Both the position numbers and the translations under genes were made by a program. A stretch of DNA of 64,000 nucleotides, from the NCBI GenBank assembly GCA_045631185.1, contig JAZQUH010000039.1, positions 75,740-139,739 of the forward strand, in the 5' to 3' direction. Source of the DNA: Alphaproteobacteria bacterium (GTDB lineage: Bacteria > Pseudomonadota > Alphaproteobacteria > CAAHEQ01 > UBA3637). The notes below the pieces were generated by a model. The model saw only the letters and a program-made list of their open reading frames with translations, was not told where the DNA came from and did no database searches. Positions 57,612 to 64,000 of this stretch are shown here, one piece after another (the stretch's first letter is position 1; each line of letters opens with the position of its first letter).

Positions 57612-58457
57612 TTAGACGGCCTTATCCAAGCAAACCATTTTGACAACACCGTTATCGTCAATCAGGCTGGCCCCTTGGCTCATCATGTTGTTCACATAAT
57701 GGGCGGCATAATCACCGTGCCATGTGATATCGGTTGTGATATCCTGACCAGCGGCCAAACCGACGGCTGATTTGTGATAGATAAAACAGGTTGTACAGGC
57801 TGAATCACCGGCACCTTCTGTGGGCAATCCGGTGTGCATAATCCAATTGATTCCCATCCATTTGCGTGTTTCGGAACCCGTCAACAACGGATGCGCATCA
57901 CCCACATAGTTGGCATTTGAAAATTCATCCAAGCTCAACAATTGATTCCATTGCGCCGGTCCCACCAAAGCATAGCGTTCACCATCATCGGGAACATTGG
58001 CGCTGTTGAGTTTTTGAAAGGCCTGCAAAATGCGTTCTTTGGTCAAACCTGTTGATCCATCACCGGCACTTTGTGTGGCATTTTCTAAAACGCAAATAAT
58101 CAATTCATCTGTTTTGCGTCCCAAAGCATAGGCACCGGCTGTGGCCAAAACTTTGCGTTCGTCATGGCCGACCTTTAATTCATCCAATTTGTCAATCCAT
58201 TGACCGGCATACCAATCGGACAAAGTACATTCCACCGGTGCGTGTGTGACGGCGGCGGGTGTCAATTGGGCATTGCGGGATGATTTTTGGTTGGCTGTTT
58301 GGGTGCCGATAACCTGAAAGGTTGTGCTGGAACCTGTAATACCGCCTTTAAAACGGACGGTGTTGCGTAATTTGGAACCTTGTTGTTGATAGGCTGTGTG
58401 GACATCGGCTTCAAAATGTTTTACAAATGAAGCGTCAATGGTGTTTGAAGTTGTCAT
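57612..58457 (-). CDS. Phage major capsid protein
   Basis: Start MTTSNTID with GGAGAA RBS; pattern FVKHFEADVHTAYQQQGSKLRNTV..YALGRKTDELI; position after scaffold. Confidence 0.65.
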   Translation of the reverse strand: MTTSNTIDASFVKHFEADVHTAYQQQGSKLRNTVRFKGGITGSSTTFQVIGTQTANQKSSRNAQLTPAAVTHAPVECTLSDWYAGQWIDKLDELKVGHDERKVLATAGAYALGRKTDELIICVLENATQSAGDGSTGLTKERILQAFQKLNSANVPDDGERYALVGPAQWNQLLSLDEFSNANYVGDAHPLLTGSETRKWMGINWIMHTGLPTEGAGDSACTTCFIYHKSAVGLAAGQDITTDITWHGDYAAHYVNNMMSQGASLIDDNGVVKMVCLDKAV

Positions 58458-58579
58458 TATTTTCTCCATATAGTTTTAAGTTTAAAAAATCCTTATCAAA
58501 GGTTGTGAAGAAAATCTTCGCCTTCATTCGGGCTGGTTAAGGTGCGGGGCGCTGGGCTTATCCGCAAAATAAAAAGGCT

Positions 58580-59233
58580 TTAACCGTATAAACGTTTAAA
58601 GCCTTTTTCAATACGGCCGACCAATTCGGGATCCTGATCTTTCCAATATTTTGGATCCTGCATCAATCGGCGTAAAGTTTTTTCATCATCCATGGGGTTG
58701 AGGCGACTTTTACCTTTGATAACAGGTGATTCCTGTTTTTCCTGCATCATGCGGTAAAGCGTTAAAACACCGTCTTTTGTGGATGATAAAATTTCAAAAG
58801 TTTTTTGATCTAAATTTTTTTCACCCCATGCGGATAATTCACGGGCGACATTGTTGAAATGTTCGGCACCGCCAAATTCGTCCTCCAAAGCTTTTAATTC
58901 TTTATCACATCCGACTTGACGGGCAAAATTTTCCAACTGGGGTAAAATAAAATCGGCCGCGATATCATAAACCCCTTGCACCTGTTCATTGGTCAATCCC
59001 AATTCAAACAATCGTTTGTTGATGATTAAATCGGATAGTAATAACGGGTCTTTCGGGGTAATTTTATAATCTTCGGCTTTGTTGGGGATGGTACCGTTTT
59101 GTGTTTGTCTGGGGGTGCTCATCTTTTTTTCCAAAGCCAAATAAGATTTTAACAATTCATCGGTATTTAATTTTCCTTCTTTGTTTAAAAATTTTTCGGG
59201 GATAGCGGGTGTTTCGTTGATTTGTTCACTCAT
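58580..59233 (-). CDS. Phage scaffolding protein
   Basis: Start MSEQINE (AAGGAA RBS); PEKFLNKEGKLNTDELLKSYLALEKK motif typical of scaffolds; helical, acidic. Confidence 0.6.
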   Translation of the reverse strand: MSEQINETPAIPEKFLNKEGKLNTDELLKSYLALEKKMSTPRQTQNGTIPNKAEDYKITPKDPLLLSDLIINKRLFELGLTNEQVQGVYDIAADFILPQLENFARQVGCDKELKALEDEFGGAEHFNNVARELSAWGEKNLDQKTFEILSSTKDGVLTLYRMMQEKQESPVIKGKSRLNPMDDEKTLRRLMQDPKYWKDQDPELVGRIEKGFKRLYG

Positions 59234-59249
59234 AAATAATTCCTTTTGT

Positions 59250-59447
59250 TTAAGGTTGTTTTCCATTTTGAATTAAACGTTCCATTGTGGCAATCAGGGC
59301 ACGTTGCCCTTCCAAATACCACAGTTCCTGATTACTGGCCTGAGGGGATAAAATTCGCCCTGATATTTTTTGACGCAAATAATTTAAAACGGTTTTACCG
59401 TCTGTTGTTTGGGCCAATCTGGTAAAAGCATGGGCAATACGAATCAT
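59250..59447 (-). CDS. Small phage protein (65 aa)
   Basis: MIRIAHAF start in ATGA overlap with portal stop. Confidence 0.4.
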   Translation of the reverse strand: MIRIAHAFTRLAQTTDGKTVLNYLRQKISGRILSPQASNQELWYLEGQRALIATMERLIQNGKQP

Positions 59448-60910
59448 GGTGTACTTTCGCTTGGTTGTAATTGAATAAAGTTGGCGGGCAATCCCATTTT
59501 TTCGGTCAGCCATTTTAATACTTCATTGGTGTTCATTTTGGCCAAAACATCATTACCCAAGCCGGCCACGGCGGATATCCATGCTAAAGCATTTTGAGCC
59601 TCTTTTTTGGATTGCATTTCGGCCCGTGGGGATTTATAGGTAATGTTTAACAACCGCCCGTCCAAAAAGATTTCAGGGATTTCGCCACGTTTGCGTAAAA
59701 TACCGACAGCCCGTTCAATTAAAGGTGTCAATAATTCGGATTGCAAACGGCCATAGGTGGCGCCCAAAATACGAATCATTTCTTCGCTTCGTTCCAAAAC
59801 TTCGGTGGCGGTCATTTTCATTTCATCACAAACCGTCCCCAATTTATCGCCCAACATTGCATGTCGGATGCGTTCACGCAAATCTTTGATAACCAATTGT
59901 GATACATCAAACTTGCCGGGGGCTTCCAAAGGCGTTAAACCTTTGGAGCCGACGGCTTTTGGAATAATCGCACCGGGGGTCAGATTGATGGTGGCGGGGT
60001 TGAGTACACCATCATCTTCGGCTAACCAGATACCTGTCACGGCAATCGTGGCGTTTTTCAAAATCAATTCCACGACTTTGTTGGCTGTTTTAATATCGGG
60101 TAAAGCTTTCATGACAGGGGAACGCCCGTAAATTTCCCCCGGTGCTTTCAGCCAGCGGAAAGCGATAAACGGCGAAGTGGTGTAATGTGTTTCGCTCAGG
60201 AGGAAAGGTGACTCCTGATTATCGCCTGAGAATGACTGGCAATTGGGATCTGAAAAGCAAGTATAAGTATAACCGCCTTTGGGGCAGGGGATTAAAGCCT
60301 CTATCACACGCAAAGGTGATTTATCGTCTTTATCCCGTTTGGGTAATTTGTTGGCGCCGAATTTGGCAACAAAGGATTCTTCATCCATGGCAAAGCTTCT
60401 GAAAACTTTATCCAATTTACCGTTATTACCTTCGGCTAAACAGATTTCGTTTAACGGAACGGCCGTAAATTTAAAGGCCGATGAAGAACCGATATCGCTT
60501 TGTTCAAATAATAAACAGGCTGTCCCGACCGTAATTAAATCCAAATAACATTGATGGATTTCCGTTGAAAAGTTGGATCTGTCCAAATGCGATTGCAAGG
60601 TGGCGGATATTTTTTCCAAAGTCGGGGCGATTTGAATTTTTTCTGTGGATGTCAATTCATCACCGGCGTTTAATTGGAACCATTGCACCCAAGGCGGTGT
60701 CAGTTCGCTCAACATTAAAGCGGCCAGCTGATCTGTTGCATCCAAAGCGGTGGCATCATACAGATTGGCAATTTTGTTTGCGCCGGGTAAAAAGGTTGTT
60801 TGTCGTGTCGGCAGGGCATAGGCATAGCATTCTTGCCAAACCGATTCCCAATCAGACCGCTGTTGCACGGCCTGTTGATACATTTGATACAGTTTTTTGA
60901 TATCGGACAT
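59444..60910 (-). CDS. Phage portal protein (T7 gp8 / head-tail connector type)
   Basis: Start MSDIKKLYQMY with AAAGGAGAA RBS; LYDATALDATDQLAALMLSELTPPWVQWFQL. Confidence 0.75.
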   Translation of the reverse strand: MSDIKKLYQMYQQAVQQRSDWESVWQECYAYALPTRQTTFLPGANKIANLYDATALDATDQLAALMLSELTPPWVQWFQLNAGDELTSTEKIQIAPTLEKISATLQSHLDRSNFSTEIHQCYLDLITVGTACLLFEQSDIGSSSAFKFTAVPLNEICLAEGNNGKLDKVFRSFAMDEESFVAKFGANKLPKRDKDDKSPLRVIEALIPCPKGGYTYTCFSDPNCQSFSGDNQESPFLLSETHYTTSPFIAFRWLKAPGEIYGRSPVMKALPDIKTANKVVELILKNATIAVTGIWLAEDDGVLNPATINLTPGAIIPKAVGSKGLTPLEAPGKFDVSQLVIKDLRERIRHAMLGDKLGTVCDEMKMTATEVLERSEEMIRILGATYGRLQSELLTPLIERAVGILRKRGEIPEIFLDGRLLNITYKSPRAEMQSKKEAQNALAWISAVAGLGNDVLAKMNTNEVLKWLTEKMGLPANFIQLQPSESTP

Positions 60911-60937
60911 TTTTTCTCCTTTGGGTTGATTACAACT

Positions 60938-60976
60938 AAAAATAGAAAAAAGGACCTTTCGTAAAACGAAAAGTCC
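60938..60976 (-). terminator. Intrinsic terminator between late promoter and portal gene
   Basis: Minus strand GGACUUUUCG-UUUUA-CGAAAGGUCC (10 bp, the single irregular pair is G.U only on this strand) + UUUUUUCUAUUUUU. Confidence 0.8.
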
Positions 60977-61010
60977 CTTTGGATACACTTCTAACTTTTA
61001 ATTGATTCGC

Positions 61011-61039
61011 ATTATAGCATAAATTTTTTCATTTGTCAA
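61011..61039 (-). promoter_or_regulatory. Consensus sigma70 late promoter
   Basis: Minus strand TTGACA - 17 nt - TGcTATAAT (perfect -35, -10 and extended TG). Confidence 0.75.
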
Positions 61040-61436
61040 GGAAAATTTTCCTTTTTTCTTTTTTTAAGGCTAAATACAGCTGATATGGTGTCCAAATTTT
61101 GGGGTTTGTCAGACCTAAAAAACGCTTGACGGTTTCCACACAGGTCATGGGTCTGAGATGAAAGGAAATTTTTTTTGGCATAACCAAAGTCGTGCGTACC
61201 AATTGGTATCCTTTGTTTTTTAAAATTTGGGGTGCGCACCTTTGATGCATTAAAATTAAATCGGTATAATGCATCACCGGATCAATTAAAATCCATTCAA
61301 AATCATTGCCGATTAAAAGGGCGCAATGATAAAAGCCTTTTTTTAAAAAACGGGTCCACCAATGCGTGGGATTGCCACCAAAGGCCACATAGGCAAAAGG
61401 AAAACGATAAGCGTTTACGGATGGTGTATAAATCAT
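61029..61436 (-). CDS. Phage early protein, 135 aa, unknown function
   Basis: AAGGAG RBS; conserved-looking Cys/His (FYHCALL.., MTCVETVKRFLG). Confidence 0.5.
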   Translation of the reverse strand: MIYTPSVNAYRFPFAYVAFGGNPTHWWTRFLKKGFYHCALLIGNDFEWILIDPVMHYTDLILMHQRCAPQILKNKGYQLVRTTLVMPKKISFHLRPMTCVETVKRFLGLTNPKIWTPYQLYLALKKEKRKIFLDK

Positions 61437-61451
61437 GTCAAACTCCTTTAT

Positions 61452-61811
61452 TTATGTGGCATAAACGATTCCTTTTTGTTTTAATAAATTGCCCAAAAAT
61501 TTTAATCCTTCATACCACAGGCGACAAATTTTCGGTGTATCGCCAAAATGTTCGTGTGGCGGAACTTGGGCAAAGCCGTATTTGGCCAAAACCTTTAAAT
61601 GTTCGGCTTTTAAAGTGCCGTTTTGCATCAATCTTTTAACGGCGATGGCGATATCGGCCGATTCGCACGGACGTGCAATTTTGGATTCTCCCCCACGGCT
61701 TCTTTCATGTTTTAAATTTTCGCATAAACAGTACCAAAACCACGCCTCTTCACTGGAAGAAAAAGGTGTTGTTTGTCTGTTGTCAACGGATGATAGATAT
61801 TTATTCTTCAT
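61452..61811 (-). CDS. Phage early protein, 119 aa, Cys/His-rich (candidate regulator)
   Basis: GAGGAG RBS; WFWYCLCENL, RPCES, PPHEHF, KICRLW. Confidence 0.5.
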   Translation of the reverse strand: MKNKYLSSVDNRQTTPFSSSEEAWFWYCLCENLKHERSRGGESKIARPCESADIAIAVKRLMQNGTLKAEHLKVLAKYGFAQVPPHEHFGDTPKICRLWYEGLKFLGNLLKQKGIVYAT

Positions 61812-61848
61812 ATTTTTCTCCTCGGTTTATAAAAAAAGAACAAAACGA

Positions 61849-61877
61849 GAACTAACATATTTTTTTATGAATGTCAA
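61849..61877 (-). promoter_or_regulatory. Early promoter (divergent from repressor promoter)
   Basis: Minus strand TTGACA - 17 nt - TAGTTC. Confidence 0.4.
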
Positions 61878-61926
61878 GAGGGAAATAAGAAAAAAATCCT
61901 ATTGACAAACATTTGAAAATATGTTA
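61853..61926. promoter_or_regulatory. Candidate operators in the switch region
   Basis: AACAT-N8-ATGAA (61854-61871) and AACAT-N8-ATGTT (61908-61925) each fill a promoter spacer; 11-bp inverted repeat TAACATATTTT / AAAATATGTTA. Confidence 0.4.
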
Positions 61927-61930
61927 AAGT
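61902..61930 (+). promoter_or_regulatory. Repressor gene promoter
   Basis: TTGACA - 17 nt - TAAAGT. Confidence 0.55.
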
Positions 61931-61960
61931 GATTTACAACTAAAAAGAGAAAGGAATAAG

Positions 61961-62596
61961 ATGCAACTTTCGTATAATGAAATTTGGCTGGGTTTGGAAA
62001 ATCTGGCACAAAATAAGGGAATGTCTTTGTCGGCATTGGCGCAAAAGGCCGGTTTGGATCCCACCAGTTTTAATAAATCCAAGCGTATTGGGGCGGATGG
62101 GCGCAAACGTTGGCCGTCCACCGAAAGTATGAATAAGGTTTTAAAGGCCACCAACACCACGGTCTTTGAATTTATGGAATTGGCGGGGCAACCGTGTCCG
62201 ACACCCAAAAATATGATTCCTTTGTTGGGATTGGCCAAAGCGGGACGGGAAGGTTATTTCGATTCGGACGGTTGGCCAATTTTATCGGGCGATTGGGATG
62301 CGGTTGAATTTCCTTTGACAATCGATAAGCGAGTTTACGCTTTGGAAGTTTCGGGTAACAGTATGGAGCCTGTCTATCGTGAAGGTGATAAATTGATTGT
62401 GGCGCCCGATTCGGAAATCCGCCGTGGCGACCGTGTAATTGCCAAAACCATATCGGGCGAAGTGATGGTGAAAGAATTTCAACGCCGATCCATGAATCAA
62501 GTGGAATTAAAATCACTCAATCCTGATTGTGAAGATGTCTATTTGAATCCGTCTGATATCGCATGGATGGCCCGTGTAATTTGGGTCAGCCAATAG
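61961..62596 (+). CDS. CI/LexA-like repressor: HTH + S24 peptidase
   Basis: N-terminal HTH (MSLSALAQKAGLDPTSFNKSKR); S24 GNSMEPVYREGDKLIV with downstream catalytic Lys (VMVKEF). Confidence 0.8.
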   Translation: MQLSYNEIWLGLENLAQNKGMSLSALAQKAGLDPTSFNKSKRIGADGRKRWPSTESMNKVLKATNTTVFEFMELAGQPCPTPKNMIPLLGLAKAGREGYFDSDGWPILSGDWDAVEFPLTIDKRVYALEVSGNSMEPVYREGDKLIVAPDSEIRRGDRVIAKTISGEVMVKEFQRRSMNQVELKSLNPDCEDVYLNPSDIAWMARVIWVSQ

Positions 62597-62681
62597 TTTT
62601 CCTTTTTGATTTTTTTGCTTGCAATTGATGTGAAAGTATGCTAAACATCAAACAGTTTTTATAAAAACCAAGGAGTTTTAG

Positions 62682-63218
62682 ATGAAAAAAATGGGAATTT
62701 TTGCCACTTTGATGATGTTGGCAACTTCGGTGCGGGCTAATCCTGCCTGTACGACCTTGTGCCCGTTGGTGTTGGGCGCGTCTTTGGGAATTGCCCGCAA
62801 ATTGGGTGTAAAGGATGAAGTGGTCGGTGTTTTGTTTGGTGCTTTGTTGGCTATTTTGGGATATTGGTTTATCCGCTTTTTTGAAAAAAGAAATTGGAAC
62901 TTTAAAGGCCGTAATTTTATTTTGATGGCGTTGTCTTTATCAACGGTGGGCTTTGTTTATTTGAACACTTTGACCTATAAGCCTATGTTGCATTGGAACT
63001 TATTCTATATCGATTCATTTTTGTGGGCCGCCATTTGGGGGGCAATTGCCCACATTTCAGGGGTTCATTTGTATGGTTGGTTAAAGGAAAAAAATGGCGG
63101 ACATGCCCATTTTCCGTTTGAAAAAGTTGTGATTCCTGTTGCTTTAGATTTGTTTGTGTGCTGGATTTTTGGTGGCACAAACTTGTGCGAATGCAAGGAA
63201 GTCTTTATATTAAATTAA
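62682..63218 (+). CDS. Membrane protein, unknown function
   Basis: Signal/TM N-terminus, 4-5 TM; AAGGAG RBS. Confidence 0.5.
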   Translation: MKKMGIFATLMMLATSVRANPACTTLCPLVLGASLGIARKLGVKDEVVGVLFGALLAILGYWFIRFFEKRNWNFKGRNFILMALSLSTVGFVYLNTLTYKPMLHWNLFYIDSFLWAAIWGAIAHISGVHLYGWLKEKNGGHAHFPFEKVVIPVALDLFVCWIFGGTNLCECKEVFILN

Positions 63219-63231
63219 AAGGAGTAAAACC

Positions 63232-63831
63232 ATGAAAAAAGCAGAATCAGTCAAAGAATTCGTGGAACGTGTGGATGCCACAAAAAAGAAAAATCCAAAA
63301 GATTTGTCTTCGGATCAGGATTTGACAATTGCCATTATGAACCTTATTTCCATTGAAGAACATTTGATTTTTTCGGGTGCTAAAACTGGTAAAGACAGCT
63401 TTTATGATTTGGTTCAGGATGTGCGTGAATTGCGCAAAAATTTAATGTTGCAAATTATCCCGTCCTATGAAGGCGAAGTATGGTGTATTTCCAAACATTT
63501 GTTGGCCACCTCTATGCGTTTGATGGAAGTGGGTACAAAACAACAATCCATGGGGCATAAAGAAAAAGCCAATCAATTGTTCACTCAGGCCTATGATTTA
63601 TACTGTTTGTTCTGGGGCTTGAATATGAATTTGGTGGATACCAAAGATATCGCTTGGAAACCGGATAATTTGGAAGATGTTGAAAAGGAAGTGGCACAAT
63701 TGACAAAAGGCGCTCAGGCAACCCCTGTAAAGGTTGAAAAAAAAGAAGTGGTTGAAGCGGTGCCTGCCACTGGTGTTTTCGGAAAATTAAAAGCGGTGGT
63801 GCGTAAAGCCGTTGATTGTTGTATTGAATAA
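63232..63831 (+). CDS. Hypothetical soluble protein (199 aa)
   Basis: AAGGAG RBS, 13 nt after preceding gene; no motif recognised. Confidence 0.5.
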   Translation: MKKAESVKEFVERVDATKKKNPKDLSSDQDLTIAIMNLISIEEHLIFSGAKTGKDSFYDLVQDVRELRKNLMLQIIPSYEGEVWCISKHLLATSMRLMEVGTKQQSMGHKEKANQLFTQAYDLYCLFWGLNMNLVDTKDIAWKPDNLEDVEKEVAQLTKGAQATPVKVEKKEVVEAVPATGVFGKLKAVVRKAVDCCIE

Positions 63832-63873
63832 ACTTTATTCAAAGTTGTTCTGTGAAAAAGGGGGAGAAATCAC

Positions 63874-64000
63874 ATGAGCACACCTCAATTTTGTAAAGTA
63901 TTGGATGGTAACGGCGGGTCAAAAAATATCCGCCTGTCTGATGTCAAACCACGATTGAAGTCGCCTGTATGGATTCATATTGACTATGAAGACGAAGATA
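63874..64000 (+). CDS. CorA/ZntB-like divalent cation transporter, N-terminal fragment (runs off window)
   Basis: GGGGAG RBS; MSTPQFCKVLDGNGGSKNIRL..PVWIHIDYED resembles the ZntB N-terminus. Confidence 0.4.
   Translation, partial: MSTPQFCKVLDGNGGSKNIRLSDVKPRLKSPVWIHIDYEDED

Larger units (their letters stand above)
52083..62596 (-). mobile_element. Compact podovirus-type phage-derived cluster (structural + terminase + lysis + repressor; no integrase, replication or fibre genes)
   Basis: Gene order portal-scaffold-capsid-tubeA-tubeB-...-TerL-lysis on minus strand, divergent S24 repressor. Confidence 0.65.

Noticed and set aside
63820-63831. C-terminal CCIE of the 199-aa protein as a CaaX prenylation box (a host-lipidated effector, as in some Legionella proteins)
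   Set aside because: The X residue Glu and the a1 residue Cys are non-canonical for farnesyl or geranylgeranyl transferases. The motif is too weak to support the claim.
1-64000. CRISPR arrays, IS elements, rRNA genes
   Set aside because: I saw no regularly spaced direct repeats, no transposase-like ORF with terminal inverted repeats, and no rRNA-like sequence.

Overview
This is a visibly AT-rich chromosomal segment from a Gram-negative bacterium. It carries lpxC, a single-permease lolC-lolD pair, an RND pump and a DsbA-like protein. Secreted Sel1, TPR and ankyrin repeat proteins suggest a host-associated lifestyle. Lineage is uncertain; an alphaproteobacterium-like endosymbiont is only a guess. 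All calls come from reading the ORF translations and DNA by eye. No BLAST or HMM search was run.

Core genes recognised: rpmG (not in the ORF track), lpxC, tcdA-like, tatD-like, uvrD, lolCD, ppdK, dnaE, rbfA, truB, an LplT-PlsC-Aas fusion, smpB, rpsT and a short alaS.

Four accessory themes stand out:
1. Four dispersed paralogous cysteine-rich secreted proteins (5799, 22177, 27380, 32608). Each has its own TTGACA promoter. Three are followed directly by a G/C-run hairpin terminator; the fourth (32608) shares the one that follows its co-transcribed ankyrin gene. One of them carries a prepilin-type N-terminus instead of a Sec signal peptide.
2. An R64/TCP-like type IVb pilus assembly operon (43609-52086). 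It has no pilin, prepilin peptidase or adhesin gene in cis.
3. A divergently transcribed orphan gene with VirB2/TrbC-like topology (42983-43321).
4. A compact, intact, roughly 10.5 kb podovirus-type head, tail-tube, terminase and lysis cluster (52083-62596) abutting the pilus operon. It has a CI-like S24 repressor. A consensus promoter is followed at once by an intrinsic terminator ahead of the portal gene, and a second terminator follows the capsid gene. I found no integrase, replication genes, ejection proteins or tail fibre. This is my best candidate for a domesticated or novel particle-forming system.

Several housekeeping genes (lolC, dnaE, uvrD, smpB) appear to be leaderless, with a promoter placed directly against the ATG. 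I recognised no rRNA, tRNA, CRISPR array or transposase.
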